From NCBI GenBank assembly GCA_043228905.1, contig JBHGNT010000666.1, positions 1 to 18,116 of the forward strand: a DNA stretch of 18,116 nt. The letters are read 5' to 3'. Below, in pieces: positions 10,101-18,116 of the stretch. Numbering within the stretch: position 1 is the first letter of the stretch; each line of letters opens with the position of its first letter. Both the position numbers and the translations under genes were made by a program. The notes under the pieces were generated by a model that ran no database searches, was not told the origin of the DNA, and saw nothing but the letters and a program-made list of their open reading frames with translations. This DNA comes from Azolla caroliniana (lineage: Eukaryota > Plantae > Polypodiophyta).

Positions 10101-11047
10101 AGGATTTCGCTGAGCTAACGACCGCATCCTTGTGGCGAATAGTTGTCTTTCATAGTATGGACCAAGGGTACTCGGTAGCTCAAGCTTTGAGATCTTGTTG
10201 CCATGGCATCGAGAACCTTGCATGGTAAGGATTATTTATAGGTGTCTTTCATTATATTGCAATTCTTAAGGTTGTTGAATCTATTCTTAACTCGTTGAAT
10301 TATTTTTTATAGGATCAAGACCAATGTAAATAGAGGGCCAACTTTTCGGTTCGTTAATGCCATTGAATACATAACGGTTGGCTACTTCGATGAAATTAAA
10401 AAACAGAGAATCAAAGAGCATTCTAATGAAGTGGGAGGTTCAAATCTGTTGGTATATCCAGCAGTGACTCGGAAATTGCGACATGTCACCACGACAGAAC
10501 GGGGACTTGTCAACCCATACCAAAAACCTCAACGACTTATGATGCGCTTGATCGAGATGTTTTCTGTCGAAGGAGACTGGATATTAGATCTCTTTTCTGG
10601 CACAGGTATTCCTCGAACTAGGGTAACGATCTTGAGATAACCAATCACTTTTTTTTTGTTTGACAACTAAATCTTCTTGTTACTTACATCATAGGAACTA
10701 CGTCAGCATGTGCATTGAAGCTGTTTAGAAATACAGTTGCATTGGAGAAGGACGAGGACCAAGTTATATTTATTAATATGCGGATTAAGGCTTTGTGGGA
10801 GTGCCCAGACCAGGATGAGGAGGTCGGTGCAAAGAACCTCGCCAATACAGAAAGGTTTCAACCTGCTTCGCGAGAGCCTATTCCTCCGTTAGCCGGTGAA
10901 CCGGGGGAGCTAATAGAGCTTGATGATGAGCTTATAGAAGATATTTCGTTGGCTTGGCTAACAGGGGAAACCAATGCACGTATAGCCGAAGAGAGTTCTA
11001 CACAAGATGATGAAGAAAATGACGTTGATGAATTGATTGCTATGTAA
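7186..11047 (+). CDS. Six-exon gene, 974 aa: ParB/Srx-like domain fused to a beta-class N6A/N4C DNA methyltransferase. Exons 7186-7220, 7822-9459, 9536-9674, 9758-10224, 10313-10605, 10695-11047
   Basis: All five introns are GT-AG with compatible phases (2,2,0,2,1), and the joined 2925 nt have no internal stop. MTase motifs in beta order: YNVVCGDVIDLIQK..LMIADIPYG (DPPY-like motif IV), NLAWIK, NPYQKPQRLMMRLIEMFSVEGDWILDLFSGTGTTSACALKLFRNTVALEKD (motif X-I, FxGxG). ParB-like segment: LPITHIHRP..HVQNLKKKM..VPFIVMV..YFVIGGSHSAEARRQL..LTTEEAKLLAWDHN. The MTase call is strong, the ParB call moderate, and exon 1 is the least certain exon. Confidence 0.85.
7271..7405. repeat. Three palindromes GAACTCGATA(N5)TATCGAGTTC in intron 1; copies 2 and 3 form a 90-bp inverted repeat
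   Basis: Copies at 7271-7295, 7323-7347 and 7374-7398. Arms 7316-7356 and 7365-7405 are reverse complements with 3 mismatches. Confidence 0.9.
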
Positions 11048-11467
11048 TAGACTCTATAAAGAATATGACACTGACGATTTGTTAAGATTTCACATTATTA
11101 AAACAAATTTTGGGTTTTACCTAGTGGATTCTATTCTTTATAATCATCTATATGTTTCAATTTTATTTTTGTATACTTGATTAGTAGATTTATGATATTG
11201 GTTTCACCGCGTGCATAGTTGACTACCAAACTTATGGAGAAACATGAACTAGCTTAAATGGAGGCTAATTTTGGTCCAAGCTAACCTTAACAGAACATGG
11301 CCCTATAATTGTTGCCATGACTGTCCATGTTGTTATTATGGATCTTTGTCTTATATTGTTAAAACTATTATGTTTCTATTCCATTGCTGCTTAGATTGTG
11401 TAGTGTGTTGATAATGGTTCCAGTTGCGTTATCGTTCGGAGTTTGATCTTGTGTGAATCACCTAAGC

Positions 11468-11716
11468 AATAGAGTAGATCAATTTTAAATACAGGTATGA
11501 AAGCCTAATAGGTTTGTTATTTCCACGACATTATCCTAAAGTTCATTGCCTTACATTGTGCACAATTATATACACATATGGTTTGATCCCATATGAACAA
11601 ACTGAGGAATAGATTAGATCAACTTTTAATATAAGTATTGAATACTTTAATAAGTTAGTTATTCCAATCACTTATCCTAATGTGCACTATCCTACATTTT
11701 CCACAATTACATACAT
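11468..11716 (+). repeat. Diverged direct duplication (~110-bp copies, ~140-bp period) downstream of the cargo gene
   Basis: aatagagtagatcaatttt..ttatcctaaagt..cacaattatatac versus aatagattagatcaactttt..ttatcctaatgt..cacaattacatac. Confidence 0.6.
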
Positions 11717-12066
11717 GCACGTATGGGTCAAAGTATAAATTATATCTCATTTTATTAGTATGGATACAAGTACACCTCATATTTTTGTAAAACCTACCTA
11801 ATTAATATAAGTCTTTAAGTTAGTGTTTCCCTTGTCGCACAATAGTGCCATATTGAGCCATAGTTGAACTTTATTATGCCTACATTAACTTATCAACATG
11901 TCTAAACTTGCATGATTTCTAATGATCTCCACTCGTAGATCTATCATGTATTTTTATATTTGCAAATTCTTATCAAGTTGAGGAACATGTGATACTAGTG
12001 CATCCAATTATTGTAGAGAGGGTGTATTTTCTTCGTTTTAAGAAGATTCTACAAGTGGAATGCGCA

Positions 12067-12095
12067 ATCCTTCCACTTGTGAACGCGAACATGTT
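12067..12095 (-). repeat. Right terminal inverted repeat
   Basis: ATCCTTCCACTTGTGAACGCGAACATGTT, whose reverse complement differs from the left TIR at one position. Confidence 0.95.
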
Positions 12096-12099
12096 TGTA

Positions 12100-12392
12100 C
12101 AGAGAGAGAGAGAGAAGAAGAGGCCGTTGCCTCTGTTGTAACCGCCGCCTGTGGCGAAGATCGTGAGCACGAGGTCGTCGCCTCTGTGAACTCACTATTG
12201 TAACCATTGTGATATAATGATAGTTTGGAGACTGTGGACTCCCGTGGTTTTTCCCTCTCAGGGTTTTCCACGTTAAACATCATGTGTTCTCTTCTCTCCT
12301 TTGTGTCGTGTGTATTCATTCCCGTTTTCTGTGTTTGATCTTAGACTCGGTTGTGGCCAAGCGGTGTTCATCGGAGCGTGTAGTTCCTATCA
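12100..12392 (+). repeat. 5' LTR, right (R/U5) part
   Basis: Matches 15117-15467 apart from the (GA)n length. Ends ...cctatCA, 3 nt before the PBS. Confidence 0.95.
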
Positions 12393-12395
12393 AAC

Positions 12396-12407
12396 TGGTA
12401 TAAGAGC
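12396..12407 (+). other. Primer binding site for tRNA-iMet
   Basis: TGGTATAAGAGC, one mismatch from the plant copia consensus TGGTATCAGAGC, directly after the 5' LTR. Confidence 0.9.
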
Positions 12408-12422
12408 GAAACGACACAGAAA

Positions 12423-14670
12423 ATGGACGATTCGTTGGGAGGCATGTTCAAGCTCACTGGCTCCAACTATTCGGTGTGGAAGTCAAAGATGAGGGACATG
12501 CTCGTGGTTAAAGACCTCTGGCTGCCAGTTCAGTTCGGGGACAAGAGACTGGACAAAATCGACGCCGCGATATGGGAGGTAATGCACATGAAGACATTGA
12601 CGTACATACGGTGCTTCATCGACATGAGCCTATAGAACAACTTCAATGAAGAGAGCAAGGCTCATGAGCTCGGGAAGAAGATCGACAATATGTTTCAAAA
12701 CAAAAATGCTGTTAATTAGGTTTCGGTATTCCGGAAGCTAGTAAGACTCCGGTACCAAGATGGCTCCAGCATGGCGGAGCACATGAATGCTTTCCAGGGG
12801 CTGATACACCAGGAAACATCGTTGGAAGTACCTCTCGCCGATGAGGTTCGCTACTCCTGCTCGGTTCCCTCTCGAATAGCTGGGAGACGTTGGTTGTCCC
12901 TTTGGGCAACGCCGGGCCGGAAGGTAAACGGTTATCCCTAGCAAGAGTGAAGTCGAGCTTGCTAGATGAGGAGGCGCGTCGGAAAGATAAGGATACGAGC
13001 TCCGACCCCAAAGCGCTCCTTACCGAATCAGAACGCGGAAGACAAAGAAATCGTAGTCCCCAGAACCGGGAAAAGTCGGGGACACGGTCAAAGTCAAGGG
13101 GGAGGCCTACTTGCTTCTATTACGGCAAGCCGGGACACTTCCAGAAGAATTGTCGGCATTTCCGAATAGACAAGGAAATCGACGGTACCGATTCGAAGCG
13201 GACACCGGACCGGAACGGTAAAGACCGGAGGGGGCCGGACCGGAAGGGAACGACAACAATCGCGGCAAGTGAAGAAGAGTTGATGCTTATCACCGAGGAG
13301 AGTGAGCTAAACCTTGCCGGCGACGAGATGACCTGGGTGGTCGACTCCGGAGCGTCGTTCCACCTTACCCCGGACCGGAAATGTTTCTCATCCTACTCAG
13401 CCGGTGATCATGGCTGTGTCCGGATGGGGAATGAAGGTACTTGCCGAATTGTTGGCATAGGAAACGTGTGGTTGGCAACACCAACCGGATGCAAGCTGCT
13501 GCTGAAGGATGTCCGACACGTTCCGGAGGTTCGTCTAAACATGATATCAGCCGGTCGGCTAGATGATGAAGGCTACACGGGTAGCATCCGGAATGGTGCT
13601 ATGAAGTTCAGCAAAGGGAGCCTAATTGTGGCTCGGGCCCGGAAGGTAAACACACTGTACCTGATGAATGCCCAGTTATGTCCGGAGGAAGTGAACGTGG
13701 CATCCGCCATTGTCGGTGAGGTGTGGCACAAAAGGCTGTGTCACATGAGTGAGAAGGGGATGAAGAGGCTTGTAGACGACAACCTCATTCCAGTGAAGAA
13801 TGTGCACTTGGAGAAGTGCACTGATTGTCTGGCCGGTAAGCAAAACCGGACCTCCTTCCGAACAAGGCCACCGATGAGACGTAATGCACCACTGGAGTTG
13901 GTGCATATTGATGTGTGTCAAGTGGACTCGAAGTCACATGTAGGATCGCAGTACTTCGTGACGTTCATAGATGACCACAACCAGAAGCTGTGGGCCACAC
14001 CGTTGAAGATGAAGGATCAGGTGCTATCCGTCTTCAAAGAGCTCCACGCGAGAGTGGAAAGAGAAACCAGCCAGAAGCTGAAGGCGGTTCGAGCAGATAA
14101 TAGAGGCGAATACCGGGGGCAGTTCGAGGAGTACTGTCGCTCGAAGGGAATCCGGCTCGAATTTACCGTGCCGAAGACGCCGGAACTGAACGGGCTGTCT
14201 GAGAGGATGAACCGGACCATAATGGAGAGGGTCCGGAGTATGCTGGCGCATGCAAAACTACCCAAGAAGTTTTGGGCTGATGCACTGTCGACGACGACAT
14301 ATGTGATAAATAGATCACCCTCAGTACCCTTGGATGGAGACACGCCACAGAAAGTATGGACTGGTAAGGAAGTATCCTACCGGCATCTGAAGGTATTCGG
14401 GTGTCTTGCGTATGTGCATGTAGCTAAGGACCGGAGAGGAAAATTAGATCAGAAGACCCGACCACAGATATTCCTCGGTTACAACGACGATGAGTTCGGC
14501 TACCGAGTGTACAAGTTGAAACCGGGAGATGCCGGGAACCCCTCGAGATACAAAGCCAAGATCGTGGTGAAGGGGTTCCAGCAGATATGCTGATCAAAGT
14601 ACTTATACCCGACAAGCTGGATGCATGCCGGAAAGGGATCGGACTAGTAAGACATCCCATGCCGGAGTGA
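12423..14670 (+). pseudogene. Copia gag-pol pseudogene (gag, Zn knuckle, protease, integrase; only stubs of RT and RNase H)
   Basis: Gag start MDDS..KLTGSNYSVWKSKM, with stops at 12633-12635 and ~12717 and a frameshift near 12848. Motifs: CFYYGKPGHFQKNC (damaged CCHC), WVVDSGASFH (PR), WHKRLCHMSEKG/CTDC, LVHIDVC..IDD..RADNRGEY..TPELNGLSERMNRT (INT), VYKLK..RYKAKIVVKGFQQ (RT start) and ADMLIK...PE* (RNase H end, other frame, 14581-14670). Confidence 0.93.
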
Positions 14671-14678
14671 AGGGGGAG
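14664..14678 (+). other. Polypurine tract
   Basis: GGAGTGAAGGGGGAG, 2 nt before the 3' LTR. Confidence 0.9.
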
Positions 14679-14680
14679 TT

Positions 14681-15114
14681 TGTTAGGAAACAAGTCCCTC
14701 CGGATGGGAAATGAGAAGAACAGTACTGATGAGCAAACTCGGCCAAGGCCGAAACCGGATTTGGAGTACCCGACTACGGAAGACCCGATGAGAACTGGAT
14801 GACAAGTACCCGACAACGGAAGACCTAGTGAGAATCAGATGTGGTGTACCCGGCAAGCGCCGGATGAGTACGCGGCTACGGAAGACCCGGTGAGAACCGG
14901 ATGAGGAGTACCCGGCATGAGCCGGACGATGAAGGCCCGGTGAGAAGTGCTCACCGGATGAAGGGACATATTTGTAAATATGTTTTCTGAGAGTCCATCG
15001 GGGCTATATTTGTAAATAGTAGGAAAGTTATATTAGTATAAATATGACTTTGGGAAAACAGAGAATTGTGTTGTTGTCATTCTTGTTGGCGCAAGATTAG
15101 AGCGCGTAACAATG

Positions 15115-15199
<85 letters not shown>

Positions 15200-15467
15200 C
15201 GTTGCCTCTGTTGTAACCGCCGTTTGTGGTGAAGATCGTGAGCATGAGGTCGTCGCCTCTGTGAACTCACTGTTGTAACCATTGTGATATAGTGATAGTT
15301 TGGAGTCTGTGGACTCCCGTGGTTTTTCCCTCTCAGGGTTTTCCACGTTAAACATCCTGTGTTCTCTTCTCTCCTTTGTGTCGTGTGTATTCATTCAAGT
15401 TTTCTGTGTTTGATCTTACACTCGGTTGTGGCCGAGCGGTGTTCATCGGAGCGTGTAGTTCTTGTCA
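14681..15467 (+). repeat. 3' LTR (787 bp, uninterrupted)
   Basis: TG...CA termini, preceded by the PPT and followed by TSD TAACT. Confidence 0.96.
15121..15196 (+). repeat. (GA)38 microsatellite in 3' LTR
   Basis: Directly visible. The 5' LTR has only about (AG)7 at 12101-12114. Confidence 0.97.
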
Positions 15468-15930
15468 TAACTTAGTACTGTCCTACTTTCTTCATTAAGA
15501 CCAACTTAGTACTATGGACTGTCCACTGTCATGCATTAGTACTAATTACAAACTTAGAACTATCCAACTTTGTTCATTAAGAACAACTTATAACTTAGGA
15601 CTATCCTTTGTCATGCATTAGTACTAATTAATAACTTAGTACTCTCCAACTCTGTACATTACGACCAACTTATAACTTATGGCTGTTCTTTTTCATGCAT
15701 TAGTACTGATTAGTAACTTACCACTCCCTTCTCTCGTTTGTTAGTACTAATTTCCAACTTAGTACTATCCTTTCTCATGCATCAGTACTAATTAATAACT
15801 TACCACTTCCCTCTCTCATTTGTTAGTTTTAATTTCCAACTTAGTATTATCCTCTCTCGTGCATTAGTACTAATCAATAACTTAGTGCTATCCTCTCTTG
15901 TTCATTTGTATTGATTCAAATATTAGTATT
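15468..15930. repeat. Degenerate intronic tandem array, right half
   Basis: Same units as 2330-2785 (taacttagtactgtcc, catgcattagtactaatta, ttcattaagaccaactt). Confidence 0.8.
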
Positions 15931-16014
15931 GTTCACTCATGTATAAGTAATAATTATGGTTTAAGGCATGCAATTAATTATGTTTGTTGGCTAACTGTCA
16001 TGCAAAACACCCAG

Positions 16015-16900
16015 ATACTTCTCATTGACAAACATTAGGATGCAATGGAACTACTTTGGGTCTGGACATGGAAAGGGAGAGCATGATGGCGCGGGGGCTG
16101 TGATCAAGCGTGCTCTTACATCAGAGCAATTGGATAATAAAGGTGCTAAGCTACAAAATGCACATGATGTTGTGGGGTGGGTCACATGGAAGATGTCAAA
16201 TGATGGTAAGAATATATTGTTTATTGAGGTTCGTGCTAATGAGGTGGATAGGAGTAAATCATACGGTTGTAAAACCGTGAAAGGGACGCGCAAGACCCAT
16301 TGTGTTTTAGGGTTTAGTCGCAAGGACACAACACAATTGTTATTCTGCAGTTTATCTTGCTTTTGTTCCATGTGTTTAGATGAAGCTTGGGATGAATGCA
16401 CCAATCTATCAATTGTGGAGCCATGGAAGCTACAGAAGCTAGAGATAGAAGACAACGTGAATATCCAAGAAAATGAACATTTAGACAATATTGTCTACTA
16501 CAATCAGTGTGAGGACTTGGCAACATTATTGGAAATTGGAGATCATTTTGCAGTGCTCAAAACTCCTCAGGATGAAGATTTTGAAGACTACTATGTTGTG
16601 GTGTGCAAGCAAGGAAATACAATATTGGAAGAAGTCGTGAGGGATGGCTGGGGCAACATGTTCAATGTTGGTGAGTCTGTCGTGTATGGCAACTACTATG
16701 CAAAGTTGCCACAATGCAAGAACACATATGCATTGTTAAAAGATGCACCCACCGCAATGATCTATGTTGATGCCATTATCGCAATCAAGCTCAAAATGAC
16801 TCAAGCAAAGCACAAGGTTAAGGGATAGAACACAGTCTACAAAGTCCCCAAAGGGGTACACGAACACATATTGGGGGAGGTCTCCCTCTTTAATGCCTAG
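16015..16900 (+). pseudogene. Outer transposase pseudogene, 3' exon (third catalytic motif)
   Basis: Branch-like CTAAC at 15991 and acceptor ccAG at 16013-16014. The phase-2 join with 2075 gives FYFIAR-YFSLTNIRMQWNYFGSGHGKGEHDGAGAVIKR, the typical continuation of DFAENY/SDG transposases, followed by VKGTRKTH and LSCFCSMC. TAG at 16826-16828 is probably premature, as the frame stays open to TAG at 16898-16900. Confidence 0.75.
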
Positions 16901-17065
16901 AATGGCAAGTGTTGTGTCTAATGTAACTTTTGCATGTATTCAAACTCTGACTTACACATGAAAGGAAATATATCAAAACCGGTTTTCATATTTATCTTGG
17001 ATTTTCTAACAATATTCCTCTTTGGTTTAGATATGTATGTTTCTTTTACATGGAGCCTACATTAG

Positions 17066-17207
17066 TATCAAAGTTAGGAGTTCATATGTATCAAAGTTAA
17101 GAGTTCATATGTGTGCCTATAACTCTTTAGTAGTTCATATGTATCATATGTGTGCCTATAACTCTTTAGGAGTTCATATGTATCAAAGTTAGTAGAATGC
17201 ATATCAA
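17066..17207. repeat. Short tandem repeats (agttcatatgtatcaaagtta / gtgtgcctataactctttag)
   Basis: Several directly visible copies. The core catatgtatcaaagt recurs in the downstream satellite. Confidence 0.7.
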
Positions 17208-18116
17208 GTTAGTACTAAATCTGTGTTAAGAGTTTGCTAACGTAGACATATGTATCAAAGTAGTGTCACTCATCACTCATCACTCATCACTCATCTTCTC
17301 ACTGTCACATGTTTGCATAACAAGTAAACCAGAACAATATCATGATGAGGGTAAACAATAACTTAACATTCCTATCAATCACAGACAACAACCTAGATAC
17401 AATAAACTTATCGTTAGTACTAAAGTTGTGTTAAGAGTTTGCATTCGTAGACATATGTATCAAAGTAGTGACACTCATCACTCATCACTCATCACTCATC
17501 TTCTCACTATCACATGTTTGCATAACAAGTAAACCAAAACAATGTCACGATGAGGGTAAACAATAACTTAACATTCCTATCAATTATAGACAACAACCTA
17601 GATACAATAAACTTATCGTTAGTACTAAATCTGTGTTAAGAGTTTGCTAACGTAGACATATGTATCAAAGTAGTGACACTCATCACTCATCACTCATCAC
17701 TCATCACTCATCACTCATCACTCATCACTCATCTTCTCACTGTCACATGTTTGCATAACAAGTAAACTAGAACAATATCATGATGAGGGTAAACAATAAC
17801 TTAACATTCCTATCAATTATAGACAACAACCTAGATACAATAAACTTATCGTTAGTACTAAAGTTGTGTTAAGAGTTTGCATTCGTAGACATATGTATCA
17901 AAGTAGTGACACTCATCACTCATCACTCATCACTCATCACTCATCTTCTCACTGTCACATGTTTGCATAACAAGTAAACCAAAACAATGTCACGATGAGG
18001 GTAAACAATAACTTAACATTCCTATCAATTATAGACAACAACCTAGATACAATAAACTTATCGTTAGTACTAAAGTTGTGTTAAGAGTTTGCATTCGTAG
18101 ACATATGTATCAAAGT
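17208..18116. repeat. Tandem satellite, 205-233 bp units with embedded (CACTCAT)n; runs off the window
   Basis: Unit starts (gttagtactaaa) at 17208, 17413, 17618, 17851 and 18063. Lengths of 205/205/233/212 are explained by 4/4/8/5 heptamer copies. Confidence 0.95.

Larger units (their letters stand above)
3225..12095. mobile_element. 8,871-bp cut-and-paste DNA transposon (Sola1-like) carrying a transposase and a ParB-like/DNA methyltransferase cargo gene
   Basis: TIRs match at 28/29 nt. TSD TGTA at 3221-3224 and 12096-12099. Removing the element restores the LTR sequence seen in the 3' LTR (cgcgtaacaR-TGTA-ca(ga)n). A 4-bp TSD and DDD motifs fit the Sola superfamily; the element boundaries are certain, the family name less so. 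Confidence 0.93.
2786..15467 (+). mobile_element. Ty1/copia LTR retrotransposon, internally deleted, 5' LTR interrupted
   Basis: Begins TG (tgttaggaaacaag) and ends CA (cttgtca). 5-bp TSD TAACT at 2781-2785 and 15468-15472. Has paired LTRs, PBS, PPT and the copia domain order gag-PR-INT-RT-RH. Length is about 3.8 kb without the nested insertion. Confidence 0.96.

Noticed and set aside
9881-11047. Bacterial restriction-modification system or bacterial contig
   Set aside because: The MTase is interrupted by phase-compatible GT-AG introns, there is no endonuclease partner or operon structure, and it lies within a plant copia LTR.
15033-15394. ORFs with RERERE / SLSLSL runs
   Set aside because: These are translations of the (GA)38 microsatellite inside the LTR.
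17208-18116. CRISPR array (also considered for 2868-3070 and 7271-7405)
   Set aside because: The repeats have no unique spacers, no cas genes are present, and the context is eukaryotic.

Overview
Eukaryotic, plant-type DNA (GT-AG introns, a Ty1/copia element with a tRNA-iMet primer site, AT-rich satellites), most plausibly from an early-diverging land plant; the taxon is inference only. The window is a three-layer nest of mobile elements. (1) Outermost is a decayed, intron-containing DDD transposase pseudogene (exons about 407-1036, 1126-2075 and 16015-16900, + strand; Sola2-like motifs). (2) Its AGTACT-rich intron is interrupted by an internally deleted Ty1/copia LTR retrotransposon (2786-15467, TSD TAACT). 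(3) The 5' LTR of that element is interrupted by an apparently intact 8,871-bp DNA transposon (3225-12095; 29-bp TIRs, 4-bp TSD TGTA). This inner element carries two divergent genes: an intronless 926-aa Sola1/DUF7869-like transposase (-) and a six-exon gene (7186-11047, +) that splices into an uninterrupted 974-aa protein. That protein joins a ParB/Srx-like domain to a prokaryote/phage-type beta-class N6-adenine/N4-cytosine DNA methyltransferase. This transposon-borne ParB-methyltransferase cargo, with three palindromic sites in its first intron, is the main point of interest. The window ends in a ~205-bp satellite with an embedded (CACTCAT)n VNTR.
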